Positions 62,278 to 64,000 of a stretch of DNA of 64,000 bases are shown in pieces. The stretch spans positions 7,378,001-7,442,000 of the forward strand of contig CP158636.1 in the NCBI GenBank assembly GCA_050273025.1, written 5' to 3'. The notes beneath the pieces were generated by a model. That model saw nothing but the letters and a program-made list of their open reading frames with translations. It was not told where the DNA came from and searched no databases. The DNA comes from Cenococcum geophilum. Lineage: Eukaryota. Position 1 is the first letter of the stretch, and every line of letters starts with the position of its first letter. Position numbers and translations under genes: made by a program.

Positions 62278-64000
62278 ATAAGGTGGCGAATTCCGTAGGT
62301 ATCTTTATAGAGTTTAAGTTAGTGGTTAGAGGTTAAATTATAAGGCTATAAGGCTAAGGCTGGCGCGCTTACCAAGACTTTACACAGCCATAGGCGTGGC
62401 AGCTACTGTAAGTAAATTATGCTGTAATAATTAGTCCCAGCTGGTGCGGAACTTTCCCGTATATTCCGCATGTTATTACCTAGCCTATGGCTGCGCATGG
62501 ACCTTTTTAATCGCGCTAGTACGCATTCTAGTGGCGATGGCCATTATAGCTAATGCAGAGTGTTCTATAACGCGTACTATCCTTTTGTACCCGCCTGCGA
62601 CTCTTGAACGCGTGCGACGAAATACAAGCGGCTTGCAGCATGCAGCATTTAATAGACCGCATTAACACCCCTTTATACGCCTAACCGCAGACACACAGCT
62701 ATATTTTTAGGCCATTACCTTAACCATCTTACCTCTACCACTGCTCTCCAACTCTATTAGCGACTAATAGCACTGTTGATTGTGTCTATAGTAGTATACG
62801 TCTGCTCGCAGACCGGGAACGTTAACGAGCCTTACCCTCTACGTTGGGGCCGGTATTCGTATTATTACCGGCGTTACTTCCCTAAACCCCTCGCGCTGCG
62901 CCCTTCTGCCCGCCTATACTCGCTCCTTATTTACCTCTTAACGCCTTTAACCCGTCCTCTTAATACAACTCCATTTCTATCCGCTATCTGCGCTTCACTA
63001 TAAAGTTAGGTGCTTCCTCTTAATACATAGCTTCGCTAATTAGTGGCTTATAAAAAGAAGACACTAAGCATAACCTTTCCTTTTAAAGATTATTATTCTT
63101 ATCTTAGTACCCCCTACTACGCCTTGCCTTTAACTACTCCTTTTATACCGACCTTACACCTCCTCTCCAACCGACCTTATTTCCTCTTCTTTAAGTTAAT
63201 TGTACTAGGCGCTATATTATCTTTCCGAGTAATTACTAGTTAATTCTATTAGGGACATTGTAGAGGAAGATGTAGGAGTCTATTATATAATGGCCACTTA
63301 GTTTAGATGTTAAGGATCTAGTTGGCGCAGGTATTATGGCGATTGTCGCGCGTCTTAATGCCGTCGTTAAGTTCTTCGGGCCGTCGGAATCGCACTTCTT
63401 AGAACGGGAGAAGCTTATCTATTAGCGTCTTGGTCGCGACCACAGCGGCATTATTTAATATTTTGGCGTCTTAGAAAATACTATTATCTTGTAGTTTATG
63501 AGCCAGATATCTATTAGGCAATATATTATAAGATAGAAATAGGTTCTACTTTCTCTTAGGCTTTGTTAGGTTAAATAACTTTTTAATACTGTGCGGTTTA
63601 TCTATTTAAGAAGCGTGTTCTATGGCGATATATTGTGTAATAATATTTTCCTTAATGATAATCTTGATGTGTAGCTGGGTGATTTCGCCGGATCGGCCAT
63701 TGATGACTATCTACTACTTGTTTGTTATAAGACTAGTTATAAACTTCCTAGCGAAGATATCTTAACGAAGACCGAGCTTTTTGCCCTTAGCTCTACTACT
63801 TATAAGATAATAACTGGCTTAAAGCTATATAAGGATCTACCCGACCATAAAATATCTACTGCTTTCTCTAAGGGTCGCTATCCTGATCTAGAATCTGTCT
63901 TTGTCTTTAGGAACACGATTATAGAATATTGGATGTAGCGCTATGCAACTACAGAAGAAGCCCTTTAAGATGTGAAATTAGAGGGTACGTTTAATTCTTT

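Larger units (their letters stand above)
53600..62360. repeat. Large inverted duplication: arms ~53600-56377 and 57607-62360, unique spacer 56378-57606
   Basis: The arms are reverse complements differing mostly by transitions (for example 56331-56377 vs 57607-57653), except for TPR unit number and a small insert at 62123. Confidence 0.92.
1..64000. other. RIP-mutated AT-rich block (fungal repeat-induced point mutation)
   Basis: TA dinucleotides are in excess and CA/TG are scarce throughout. Recognisable protein motifs are interrupted by TAA/TAG where Q/W are expected, and duplicated segments differ mostly by C>T/G>A changes. Confidence 0.95.

Noticed and set aside
62400..64000. Possible Starship captain (DUF3435 tyrosine recombinase)
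   Set aside because: It looks like decayed coding sequence, but I could not recognise any recombinase motif.
1..64000. Alternative genetic code with TAA/TAG read as Gln
   Set aside because: Stops also replace Trp codons, Cys/His/Met codons are altered in parallel, and duplicated copies differ at these sites. This is the RIP signature, not codon reassignment.

Overview
Filamentous-ascomycete DNA saturated by repeat-induced point mutation (RIP): TpA-rich, CpA/TpG-poor, with TAA/TAG where Gln/Trp codons are expected. No gene is intact, and the ORF track holds only fragments or repeat artefacts. After reversing RIP by eye, the window looks like the cargo region of a degenerate Starship-type giant element. 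It carries DUF3723, ferric reductase, kinase-like, Ulp1-like, NLR and HET genes plus two paralogous double-RING genes; no captain recombinase was seen. Nested pogo, MULE, PIF/Harbinger, Tc1-mariner, piggyBac and LINE-like pieces are inserted throughout. Two items stand out. (1) A 4-kb array of 68-bp repeats at 30948-34965 lies in the 5' part of a HET-domain gene. On the minus strand each unit is a canonical 65-nt spliceosomal intron plus a variable 3-nt exon, giving 60 one-codon microexons in frame with the HET gene. (2) At 53.6-62.4 kb a SesB-like alpha/beta-hydrolase is flanked by two inverted NB-ARC-TPR NLR copies (1 vs 16 TPR units). The hydrolase C-terminus and the NLR N-termini share an ungapped 31-aa motif, a candidate amyloid signalling motif. 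All translations and alignments were done by eye, and pseudogene ends are approximate.
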